Shown here: positions 14,141 to 28,572 of the stretch, piece after piece | How positions within the stretch are numbered: the stretch's first letter is position 1 | Layout: each line of letters opens with the position of its first letter | NCBI GenBank assembly: GCA_964016885.1 | Contig: OZ024759.1 | Location: 33,480,001-33,544,000 of the forward strand | Source of the DNA: Eledone cirrhosa | Taxonomy: Eukaryota | Reading direction: 5' to 3' | DNA: 64,000 nt | Translations under genes and position numbers: made by a program | Notes under the pieces: generated by a model | Databases searched by the model: none | What the model was told of the DNA's origin: nothing | Seen by the model: only the letters and a program-made list of their open reading frames with translations

Positions 14141-14712
14141 CTAACTCCAGCCGCCGCAACAATCATAAACAGTATCAACCCATCGCCATCCTACTGTATA
14201 ACAAAACCCATCAACATCACCACCCCCAAAGACCACTTTCAACACCATATTAGAACCTCCAGCCACCATCAACACCACCACCATCCTCATAGACTTCACG
14301 TCAATGCCCACCATCAACACCACCCTCATAGCATTCACTACAATGTCCACCATCAACACCACCAGCACCCTCGTGGCCTTCACGATAATGTCAAAACCGC
14401 CACCATCAACTCCACTACCTTAACCGCTCCCTCCACCAAACCTCAGCCACAACTAACATCACCACCACCATCAACTCCACTACCTTAACCGCTCCCTCCA
14501 CCAAACCCCGGCCACAACTAACATCACCACCACCATCATCATCACCTTTTATGACCACGTCCACTCGCAACATCAGACAACACCTACTCCACCCCACCAT
14601 TTCAAAAAACCCCCACCACCCCCAAAACCACATTAAAAAAATCACCATAAAAAGTAGAAATCTACAAACAACAACAACAACAACAACACCACAACCACCA
14701 CCACCGCCACCA
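14141..14712. repeat. Degenerate (CAC/CAA)n low-complexity tract with an internal 66-bp tandem duplication
   Basis: CACCATCAACTCCACTACCTTAACCGCTCCCTCCACCAAA occurs at 14401 and 14467. Confidence 0.9.
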
Positions 14713-14784
14713 AGACCCTCTGAAGACTTCCAAATTTGGACGTTTAAATATTTATAGCTGTAAAATGTTACCTTCGAAGATCAT

Positions 14785-15266
14785 TGCTCTCTCTCTCCCA
14801 CACACTCTCCCACACTCTCTACCTGTCTCTTCTCTCCCCCGCTCTCTCTCTCACACTCTCTACCTGTCTCTTATCTCCCCCGCTCTCTCTCTCACGCCTT
14901 GTTCCTGTCTCGACCACGCTTTCTCTTTTCCTGTCTGCCTCTCCTTCTCAATCTCTCTATGTCTCACTATCTTTGTTTCTATCTCTCGCCCTCACTCTTT
15001 ATATATATACCTGCCTCTCTACCCACCTCCTCTCTCTCTCTCTATCTCTCTCTCTCTATATATATATGCATGTGCCTCTCTATCCTGCTCCCTCTCTCTG
15101 TCTCTATCTCCCTTTCTCTCTCTGCCCATCTCTCTCTCTATGTATATATATATATACCTCTCTTCATGTCTCTTTTCCTCTCTCTCTTTATATATATACA
15201 TATATGCCTCGCTATCCATGTCGCTCTCTCACTCTGCCTCTATCTCCATTTCTCTCTACCCCCCCC

Positions 15267-15302
<36 letters not shown>

Positions 15303-15358
15303 CTCTTCCTTCTCTCTGCCTCTCTTTCATCTCCCCATCCCCCATGCCTCCTCTCACC
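14785..15358. repeat. CT-rich polypyrimidine low-complexity tract
   Basis: Directly visible. Confidence 0.9.
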
Positions 15359-15450
15359 TTAATAATGTCTCTGATACTTGTTAAACAACCATCTTTCTAT
15401 TAATTGCTCAACTTCAGTTAAAAATAAAATGGACAAAAAAAAACACAAAA

Positions 15451-15740
15451 ACACCACCACCACCACCAACAACAACATCAACAACAAACCGCCAGCAACA
15501 ACAACACCACCACCACCGTCAACTCCACCAACCACAGTAACATCACCACCATCACCAACACCATCACCATCAACAACACCACCATCAACTGCACCACCAA
15601 CAACATCACCACCACCACCACCAACAACAACAACAACGCTACCACCACCACCGCCACCACCACCAACAGCAACAACATCACCAGCAACAACAACAACGCT
15701 ACCACCACCACCAACAACAACAACAACATCACCACCATCA
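15451..15740. repeat. (CAC/CAA)n trinucleotide tract
   Basis: Directly visible; source of the Pro/Thr-rich ORF 15378..15746. Confidence 0.95.
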
Positions 15741-15964
15741 TGTTAGTTAACAGACTTTTTTTGTATTTATTTCTTTGTATATTTGATATTATTTTATTTA
15801 CTAATTTCTTATTTATTTATTGCTGTTTTTTATTGTTTTAGTTTTCAAAATATATTTGAATTTCATTAATGATTTATATTAAATTATGAAATTAATTGCG
15901 GTTTACGATGTTGTTAATTTTAATATCAAGATTATCATTATTAATATTATCGTTATTAATATCC

Positions 15965-16272
15965 TCATAGCCCGCTCTGAGTATGCCCCTGTAGACTGAG
16001 GAGCGGGAAAACTGATACAGGGTGCTTGCCCTGGAGATCAGGGTGGCAGTGGTCTTTGTGTGGTTTTCGCCACGGTTGACCCTCGGAGGTTTTCCCCTTT
16101 TTGGGGAATTTTTGTTGTTTGCATTTTTTATTTTTATTTCTATCCCGATTTCTATCTTCTTATAACCTGTTTACACGACCAAAACCCACTTTGTATCGTC
16201 CTGTACTATTCAGGGCCCACTCTAATGTTTTTCTTCATGTTTGCCCTTGTGGCCAATAAAGAAACAATTATT
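15965..16272 (+). mobile_element. Probable LINE 3' UTR fragment ending in AATAAA
   Basis: GC-richer island in AT-rich DNA ending GCCCTTGTGGCCAATAAAGAAACAATTATT; a weakly related segment lies on the minus strand at ~18530-18900. Clade not determinable. Confidence 0.45.
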
Positions 16273-16282
16273 AATATTATTC

Positions 16283-16343
16283 TAAAGTACCAGTAATACA
16301 CTGGATTATTGCTGGCCTTGTGCCAACAGTAGAAATAGTTATT
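16283..16343 (+). mobile_element. SINE 3' tail (5'-truncated)
   Basis: TAAAGTACCAGTAATACACTGG...TGCTGGCCTTGTGCCAACAGTAGAAATAGTTATT matches the family 3' end. Confidence 0.85.
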
Positions 16344-16980
16344 AATATTATCGTTATTGATATTATCATTATTAATATTATCATTATTAATATCATTATT
16401 ATTTCATTATTTTTTAAAATATTATTATTTCTAATTTTTGGGTGTATTTATTATTTTTTTCGTTAATTTTGTTTCGTTATATTTATTTGTTTATTTTTCT
16501 ATTATTATCTTATTTATTGTTTTTATTAATTTTATTGTGATTATTATTTAATTTTTTGGTGTATTTTTTTTCCATTATTTTTTTTTGTTTTTGATATTTT
16601 ATTGTTTTTAAAAGTATTTTCTGTATTTTTGTATTATTATTATACTCATACTTAGTAGTAGTAGTGTGTTTTTTTTTGTTTGCTTTATTGTTTAGTTCTT
16701 GCTTTAACAGCCGACGTCTGGTTCGGTATCAACATCAAAGAAATTTAAAAATTTAAGGTTGACTTCAGTTTCGTGTGAGGACAATGTTTTATGTGTTTTA
16801 TCAGAATTCCTGTCTCTCTGTCTCTCTCTCTCTTCTTCCTAATATTCATATTTGAAACTTTCCTCTCACATTTTCTTTCTACCAAGCTTATATCCTTCTC
16901 TTTCTCTCCCTCTCTGTTTATATATCTATCTATCTCTCGTTCTTGTTCTCTCTCTCTCTCTCTCTGTTTCTCTTCCCCTA

Positions 16981-17012
<32 letters not shown>

Positions 17013-18963
17013 CATATATATCCGTCTATCTATCTGTCTCTCTTCTTTTATCTCTCTCTGTCTATCTTTCTCTCGTTCTGTCTTTCTATCTATCAGTGTC
17101 TATCTGTCTGATCATTTCTTTACAATAGTGTTTGTTAGTCATTTTCATTTTCTACTCATCTCTCTGCTATCTCTCTTTCTCACCTTCTTCGATCCCATAT
17201 TTCAACATCTATTCCTATATCTGTCTCAAAATCATCCTCTCTCTCTGTGATTACATTTCTTTCTATGTCGTTTAACATTTTGTCTGTCAATTTTTTCTGA
17301 AATATCCACCCTATGGTATGAGTGTATTTCTTTGCCTCTCTCTCTATCTTATATGTCTATAGTGTATATAGTGGGATGTGTAGTGGTATTTGTAGTGCCT
17401 ACGGTTCATGATAGGACAGGTGGAGCAAGATGTATGGAGCTGAGAGGGAGACGCTAGAATATAGTAAAATACAATACGACAACAATGCTGTTATTAATAA
17501 GAAGAGTTGAAAGTAATGCTTGTAAAATTTCACAGCTCAGCATCAGCCCTTCACCAAGATATAAGTAACACTAAGACCAAGGTACTCTCATGGAATGACC
17601 AAATTATGTTAATTTTTCCCTAAAAATGGACTATTCAGTTATTAATAAGAAAAGTTCAAGTTAATGCTGGCAAAATATCTCAGCTCTAGCATCACTCCTC
17701 TATATTCACTCGGCCCTCGTATAGTGATTTATGAATTGGTTCACGTTAGTTTGATCATATTTAACTAAATATAAACGAGAGCACAATAACCTTGTGTTCG
17801 ATGCAGTGGAAATCATTCTTCCTCTTTGCCTCGGTAACACACGGGGGAAGAAATAAAACCCAAAACAAAAGAAACAAACATAAAACAAAATACACAAGAA
17901 CATAGCAGTTTAAGAAGCAATGTACTGATCAATATATTACTAATTGGATTAATTAAAATGTCGGATAATAGAAGACGAGTAGATAATCTACGGATTCGTC
18001 TGTCAGTACTTTGATTAAGATCGAATATTTAAACCGCTAAACACATGTTTCTCTTCTTGAAAATGTAATTCAAGTGATCGATAACCGAATTCATCAAGCT
18101 ATTACTGGGTACTATATGAAGGTACCGATCAACTGATAAATATATTTCCATCACTGAATATCGATTTCTTAGCATGGTCAAATGGAGTGTCATATCAAAT
18201 CAGTAATTATTCTATATTTAAAATAAAGATAAAAATATTAACAGTAATAATCATAATGAAGATTAATTTCTGGTCGTATTAATATAATTAGGATTAACAA
18301 CATCGAATGTGAATATATGAGTGTGATGTATAATATGGTGTACGTGAGGTTGTTACGTACTATTAAGTTTTGAGTTCGAATCCCACGAAAACCCAACAAT
18401 CTCCAAGTGTTGATTAAATATATAAGATTTTTGTTTTTTACTTAATAGCTAAATATGTTTTATTAATAACATTTTCATAAAAATCGCAAATAGATGCATT
18501 TCAAATAATAACAAAGCTACATTTATTTAAAAACGGGAAATGAAGGAAAGGGTAAAGGTTGGTGACCAAACAGGGTCGACTAGCAGACTCTGGTAGAGGG
18601 TGGTGGGGAGCGTTAGAGGGCAAGGGTTGGTGACGAAACTGTCTCCCCTACCAGGCCTCGTAGGGTGGTGAGGAATATTAGTGGATAGTGGAACACCTTC
18701 AGTTAAAATAAAGACAAAAAGAAACAACAGCTGTTAAAAGGTACGGGTGAAATCCTCAGAATCAACCGCCATCCATGACAAATATGGGTTAGATATCCCA
18801 TTCAACCCACAACTGGGTAACCGTGATCAGAACATCAATACCCCCCACATCACCAAAACCCCACAGAAATAACTAGATTTGTGTAGCTCAACAAGAGAGG
18901 GGTCCCTGTGAGTATCTTTGTTTATGTCTCTTTTCTGTGTATACACACACACAGACATGTGTC

Positions 18964-19004
<41 letters not shown>

Positions 19005-19151
19005 CTGTCGTTTATTTATCTATAATTTCTTCATAGGTGTCTTTTAATCTTATAGCCTTGTTTAATTGGTTTTTGTGTGGTTGATTATGCTGATTGGGAG
19101 AGGAAATGGTGTATATATATTATCAAAAGATTCTATGGACATACTTTATTG

Positions 19152-19182
<31 letters not shown>

Positions 19183-19716
19183 AATAACTTATATATCTCA
19201 ATACATCTAGTGGTAACAGTGGTAGTATTAGCACCAGTAGTAACAGCAACACTATTTGTAATAGTAGTAGCTGTAGTCCCAACTCCGATAATCATCTTTT
19301 ATATAATTTTAACAGTAAATAATTTCAGGTGAGATTGAAACAAGTATTAAGGCGAAGACATACATTCATAACATTATTATAACAGGATAATATAGCAAGT
19401 CAAAGTCAGATAAGAGAAGACAAGATCACACCAGTCCTCACCAGATCAAACCAGACCAACCCAGCTGTAACTAGACGAGACGAGACCAGTCTACTGCAGA
19501 CCAGACAATTTTTAACACTGGCTGTAGCCTCGACTTGACAAGATTCTCAGACAGGAATGTGACAAGCATAACACTTATATGTAAACTAGAAGCAAAGATA
19601 CTTACTTTAATCATTAAAGTCAATCATATCAAACTTTGGAAACTTTGTAAGCTATCACGTAATAATAATAAGAATAATGAAGTATATATATATATATATA
19701 TAGACATATATATATT

Positions 19717-19800
<84 letters not shown>

Positions 19801-20076
19801 CACACATATATATATATATCTTGTATATATGAATATAGATGTGGTTTATATATATATATATATATACACATATATATATATATATATATACATACATACA
19901 TACATACATATATATATACACATATATATATATTGTATATATATATTTAGATGTGGTATATGTAAATACATATATATACACATATATATATAAGTATATC
20001 TGTGTGTGCATATATATGTGTTAATAAACATATATATATATATATTTGTATAAATGTATATACATATGCATGAATA

Positions 20077-20121
<45 letters not shown>

Positions 20122-20183
20122 ATAAATGTATATATATATACGTGTACATATATATCTACAAATACACAAAATATCACAAATAT

Positions 20184-20329
<146 letters not shown>

Positions 20330-20907
20330 TATTGTATTATAGTAGATGATATTTATGTAAGTCGATAGTTAAATAGGTAATATCAAACATCCATTGTATT
20401 GTATATTTCGGCAACCGAATATACAATAGTGTATTATTTGAAAATGTTGAATTGTAATTCAAATTACACACATACACACACACACACAAAAAACACGCCT
20501 ACACACACACTGACAACATATAAATACATATGTATATATACTAAGTATATAAGTTACATATATACTTATACATACATTATACATGCATACAGACATTTTA
20601 TATATATAAATATATTTCGTTTCTGAATTTGTTTAGCAAGATTCTTTATCTGAAAAGGTGTGTTGAAACCGATATTGTTATACTTTGGGAGGGTCATGTT
20701 AACCAATAAGAAACAGACGCACCAGTTGCTTTCACTTCAATTTATTATAATAAATTTATATATATATATATAGAGAGAGAAAGAAAGATAGATAGATAGA
20801 CAGATAGATAGATAGATAGATAGATAGATAGGTAGGTACATATTTTTACTTAAATGTATAACAAATTTATATTCGGCACGCCGTTCGAAGCAGTCTATGG
20901 TGATACA

Positions 20908-20967
<60 letters not shown>

Positions 20968-21010
20968 GAAGAACTTTATGAAACGGAAATGCGGGTATAA
21001 AGAATTTACT

Positions 21011-21130
21011 AGGTAACAATTGTTTCTATAGTGTGTGGGTTACCTATACCTCGCTATTTGTATAATATAAACATATTATCATAAATCGTAGATACACTGT
21101 AAGAGAACACACCATGTCGTCAGACATAAC
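21011..21130 (-). ncRNA. Hammerhead-like motif with a 90-nt stem II (stem I degenerate)
   Basis: Minus strand: CTGACGA-C-ATGGTGTGT...ACACACTAT-A-GAAAC-AATT-GTT; internal ATAATAT/ATATTAT hairpin; palindromic AATT loop III. Confidence 0.5.
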
Positions 21131-21249
21131 TTCTTCTTCATATTTTCTCCGGATTTTAAAGCATATTTTATTATACGTTGAGCAATCTCCGATGTCGGTT
21201 GACTCCATCCAATGCAACTACCTAGTAACATTGGAGTACAGATTTATTA

Positions 21250-21286
<37 letters not shown>

Positions 21287-22734
21287 TCGACATCAAGCAG
21301 CTGAGGTTACAATAAAGGTGGTGGGGGCCGATCTATTTTCTACATCTCAGGTATGCGAGCTTATATGTGCAAAGGCAGTCTTATATTTCTCAGCTACTTT
21401 TATGGTTATTTCTGTGTCTGTCTTTGATGGCGACATTTCTAATTCCACACTCTACACAGTTACACACACACATATATATATATATACGTATTCAAATAGA
21501 TGTTTTTTAATTATATATATTTGTATTCCGAGCTAGATATCAAAGCAGATAATGTAATTTGTTTTCTTGGGAGGGGTAATGCTGCATTACCTGCTGTGTA
21601 TTTCACTTCGGTTTTATTTACATTCAGTTAAGTAAATCTTTCCTTTGTTAATTTCAAAATGTTATATATGTAATTTTCAAAAATCTTTTATCGCACATAT
21701 TATGACCTCATCAATAACTATTTCAACCGGCTCTCTCTCCTCTTCGTTCTGTTTTAACCTCGTCACTCTGTCTAAGTGGAATTTTCGCTGATTTAAAAAT
21801 CCTAGCTTAATAGGTAAAACGTTAAAAAGCCATAATCAGACTTCTAACATATCTTATTATAAATATTATAATTTCTTCAATTTTCTGTTAGCAATTCAAT
21901 ATTGATGCTTGTAACATAATTGAAAACAGTGTACATAACAAGTCAATAACACTTAAACGAACACACACATATATATATATATATATATGTATATATGTAA
22001 ATGTATATATGTATATGTGTATATATATATAAGTATATGTGTATATATATATATATATGTGTGTGTGTATGTATATAGATATATGTGTATATATACACAC
22101 ACACATACATATATATATATATGTATATGTATATATATGCATATGTGTGAATGTATATATATATATATATATAAATGTATACATATATATATAAATAATA
22201 ATAATGCTATGTTTCACAAATGACAAAGGAATATATTGCCAATAGAATTCCTTCTGAAATAATTATGCAATAGGTGGCGTTGAATTATGTATGAACAATC
22301 TACAATTCCGCATTTTCGGGCCGAATTCTTCAATCATTGTTTGGGTGAGGGATGGGAGAGAAATTATTTATATATGCATATGATGTGTGTAAAGGTTATC
22401 TATTAGAATGGTACTAAGGTTTGAAGTGAAGTCCGTTAATAAGACTGAATTGATAAAAATAAGATAAAATATATTAAAATAAAATATAAGATAAAAGATA
22501 ATCAAATCTGACAGAATTAACGAAGCATGACCGCGTGACCAGAAAAAAATGAAACAAAAATGTAAAAAGGATAAACATTTTTTTTAAATATAAAAGGAAA
22601 AATAATGAATAAAATGAAAAAAAAAAAAATGAAAAATGGTTGAAAAACGAAAAAGGATAAAAAACAAGAAATAAATAGAAAATCCCCCTCAAAAAACGAG
22701 GTTGTGTTTGTTGTAGACCCTGGTCATGTTTATT

Positions 22735-23740
22735 TGTTGTTGTTATGTTGATATTGTTGTTGTTGGTGGTGATGTTGTTGCCGGTACTGTTGTTGGTGGT
22801 GATGATGTCGATGTCATTGGTGATGGTCGTGATGTTCGTGATGCTGTTGTTGTTGTTGGTGATGTTGTTGTTGTTGGTGATGTTGTTGGTGATGTTGTTG
22901 TTGTTGGCGATGTTAGTGATGTTGTTGTTGTTGGTGATGTTGTTGTTGTTGGTGATCTTGTTGTTGGTGATGTTGTTGTTGTTGGTAATGTTGTTGTTGT
23001 TGGTGATGTTGGTGATGTTGGTGATGTTGTTGTTGTTGTTGGTGCTGTTGTTGTTGGTGATGTTGTTGTTGTTGGTGATGTTGTTGTTGTTGGTGATGTT
23101 GGTGATATTGTTGTTGTTGGTGATGTTGTTGTTGTTGGTGATGTTGGTGTTGTTGGTGATGTTGTTGTAGCTGGTTATTTTCGGTGGTGATAGTGTTGTT
23201 GTTGTTGTTGATGCTGTTGGTGATGATGTTGTTGTTGGTGTTGTTGTTGATGGCATTGGTGATGTTCGTGATGTTGGTGTTATGCTGTTGGTGATGTTGT
23301 TGCTGTTGCTGTTGTTGTTGATGGTATTGGTCATGTTGTTGCTGGTGTTGATGCTGTTGGTGATGTTGTTGCTGGTGTTGATGCTGTTGGTGATGTTGTT
23401 GCTGGTGTTGATGCTGTTGGTGATGTTGTTGCTGGTGTTGATGCTGTTGGTGATGCCGTTGTTGATGGTATTGGTGATGTTGTTGCTGATGTTGATGCTG
23501 TTGGTGATGTTGTTGTTGTTGTTGATGTTATTGGTGATGTTGTTGTTGCTGTTGGTGATGTTGTTGATGTTATTGGTGATGTTATTGGAGATGTTCGTGA
23601 TGTTGGTGTCGGTGTGATGTTGTTGTTGTTGTTGATGTTGACGAGGTTGGCGATATTGATGTCGGTGATGAGGATGATGCTGGTGTTGTTGGTGCTGTTG
23701 TTGTTGTTGTTGGTGTTGTCGTAGACGATGTTGTTTTTGA
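22735..23740. repeat. (GTT/GAT/GGT)n trinucleotide-derived minisatellite with 18-bp and 30-bp higher-order units
   Basis: GGTGATGTTGTTGTTGTT units, and about 4 copies of GATGTTGTTGCTGGTGTTGATGCTGTTGGT near 23330-23455. Confidence 0.95.
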
Positions 23741-23881
23741 AATCCAACTTGTAATTGTATACTAAATGGTTAAAGTTTGCCGGTGCATGACATAGTTACT
23801 AGACTGTGACTTAAGATCAGCGACGACTATCTCTCTTCAATATACATACATGCATACATAGATATATACACCTATGTGTAA

Positions 23882-23919
<38 letters not shown>

Positions 23920-24331
23920 ATATGTACATAACCACACACACACATATATATATATATATACATATATACATATACATATAGACACACGCGCACACACATT
24001 ATATATATATATATATACACATATATATATATACACATACACATAGACACAATATATATAATGACAATAAGAGGAAGGAACATGTATGTGTCTTGTTCGC
24101 TCACTTATTCCTGAGAAGGTGTTGTGGGCAGACTGCTCAAACACTCTATCCGCCATGATGTATATATGCCAACACACACACATCATACCAACAAACACAT
24201 TTATTTTACAGTTGCACTATCCGGCATTTTAAAGTTGTACCCTCAATTAAGTCGTGTGAAACCCTATCACTGCCTTGAGAGGTGATGAATGTGAAAAGGT
24301 GTGCGTGTGTAAGCATATCTTGTACATGTTG

Positions 24332-24580
24332 CTTCTTTCTTCTTTATTTCCATCTTCCAGTCACTTCTGTGCACTAACATAATTCTCCCTGTCCTCCAAC
24401 TCTTGCAGTTTTTTTCCATATTTCATCTGCCTGTCCCTATATGGCAGATAGTCTATCATTTGACCACTGGCTGTTGGTCTCTGTCCCCAGAGGCAATTCT
24501 GCCCATCGTTGTCTTTGGCAAACTTTGGTTGCTTTAATGGATGTTCTAGCAATGAGTCTTCTTATTTCTATATGTATTCA
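24332..24580 (-). mobile_element. Possible decayed RTE-clade LINE 3' end
   Basis: Minus frames give [23 protein letters not shown]...QWS and [13 protein letters not shown] followed by a GAA-rich tail; loosely resembles RTE C-termini. Confidence 0.4.
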
Positions 24581-24613
24581 ACTACACTGTCGCTTAGTCT
24601 CGACCAGGGACAA

Positions 24614-25559
<946 letters not shown>

Positions 25560-26097
25560 GGACATTTATATCACTTAACGTAAACCAAACAGGAGATAGA
25601 GAGGAACACTAGCAACATTGCACCTAGTAACTAGAATAATTTGGCGGTCCTGTTTACCTCCCTCCACCACCTCCGCAACAACAACATAAAGAACAACAAC
25701 AACAGGCCATTATCTTCCTATTATGATCATCCCAAACGTCTGCTTTGCACTCATCAACATATTATTTCAATATAAACCGTTCCTTCAATATCGTTTATAT
25801 ATTAATGGTTTTAACACAGTCACATTGGGAAAATCATTTATAATTTAATCAAACACTTTCCACCATCACCAAGAACAAAAACAAGCCTCTTCAAATAATC
25901 ATCGTGATGGTCGCTTACCACACTGGGTAAAATACAAAGAAACTGTACTTGCGTACAGTGAAAAAACGGTGTAAAATATTAAACATTATGAAGAAAATTT
26001 ATAACCAACGAGAAAGAAAATTAGAACAAAAAGCATTTGCTCACGAACAGACAGAAAAGGACACCAGCACACACACACACATATATTTATATGTATA

Positions 26098-26139
<42 letters not shown>

Positions 26140-26287
26140 ATATTTATACTATAATGTTTACTTTGTTATTTTCCGCTTACTTTTCGTATATATATATATA
26201 CACATAAATACGTACGTATACACATACATATATGTAGCAAAACTACTGGTACTACGATAACTTCAACAAAACTACTACAGCAACAAT

Positions 26288-26319
<32 letters not shown>

Positions 26320-26457
26320 ATACTACTACTACTACTACTACGACCACCACATCAGGCAAACGCATTTTCATGTGGAATTTAGTCATAGGTTTGATAAATA
26401 TTTAATTTGATTTAGAGTATTCACGTTAAAAAATACGTGGTTTTGATGAATTAAGAT

Positions 26458-27297
<840 letters not shown>

Positions 27298-27577
27298 AGA
27301 TAAATCTACCAAGAGTTTACGGTAGTGTCCAATCCGTATGAAGAACTCAATGTAATCCGGATATCATGGAAAGAAGAGATGCAATGAAAAATCACTTTCG
27401 GTGAAAGATAAACGGAATACAGAGTCAAGATAAAATATTAAAAAAAATAATGAATAAAACAATGAAACAGTTCCTTATATTAAACAAAAAAAGTTCATTA
27501 TTTAACGATCGTTTCTAGGATATATATGTGTTAGAATTGGCATGCATATTCAACAGATCTATGTACAAAATTATACA
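27298..27577 (-). mobile_element. Second copy of the PLE-like element at 4153-4425, truncated within HHR stem II
   Basis: Shares the terminus AGATAAATCTACCAA(A/G)AGTTTACGGTAGTGTCCAATCCGTATGAAGAACTC and retains GAAAC-GATC-GTT-AAATAATG on the minus strand; flanked by TA tracts. Confidence 0.85.
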
Positions 27578-27726
27578 ACTTATATATATACATATATATA
27601 TATATACATACATACATATATACATACATACATACATATATACATACATACATATATACATACATACATATATATACATACATACATACATACATACATA
27701 CATACATACATACATACATACATACA

Positions 27727-27828
<102 letters not shown>

Positions 27829-27855
27829 CAAATATATATATATATACATATACAC

Positions 27856-27891
<36 letters not shown>

Positions 27892-28080
27892 TTATATATA
27901 TAGTTGTAAGTTATCATTATTTCAGTTATGTATGCTAGCCAGTCTTCTCATGTAAATGGAGATATGTAGGGATTATATAGCTGGGTATGGTAGTATGATA
28001 GACTGGGAGATAAATAGGTAGTCTCAGCTGTCTTCGGTGGGCATGCTTCATGCAATGTAGGATAGTATACACACATACAC

Positions 28081-28187
<107 letters not shown>

Positions 28188-28326
28188 AGAGCGCGGAATC
28201 AGTAATTCCCCAAACCACCATTTATTAACATATTACATATGTTCCTCCGTTGATCAGCTCGAGGCAGTATCTGTTACAGATCGAACCCGATTCTGCATTC
28301 GAAGATTCCTCGTTCTTTATAATAAT

Positions 28327-28422
28327 TGTTTCTATTTTTGGCACAAGGCCAGTAAAAACCCAGTACATTACTGGTACTTCATTTTATAGACCCCGTAAGG
28401 GTGAAAGGCAAAGTTGACCTCG
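28327..28422 (-). mobile_element. 5'-truncated SINE with a 19-bp target-site duplication
   Basis: SINE core and tail flanked by CCTCGTTCTTTATAATAAT at 28308-28326 and 28418-28436. Confidence 0.9.
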
Positions 28423-28521
28423 TTCTTTATAATAATATACTCTGCCCTGAGCGAGCATCGACTGCTTTAACCGGCATACCGACTACGGACGCATTTACCT
28501 GCAACAACTATATATATATTA

Positions 28522-28572
<51 letters not shown>

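Noticed and set aside
14720-14750. CTGAAGA followed by the palindrome TCCAAATTTGGA
   Set aside because: No GAAA box or cleavage triplet follows.
15378-15746. Pro/Thr-rich extensin- or mucin-like ORF
   Set aside because: A (CAC/CAA)n repeat; no independent coding evidence.
22474-23747. Asn/Thr-rich or mucin-like ORFs
   Set aside because: Trinucleotide-repeat tract open in several frames on both strands; no signal peptide or splice support.
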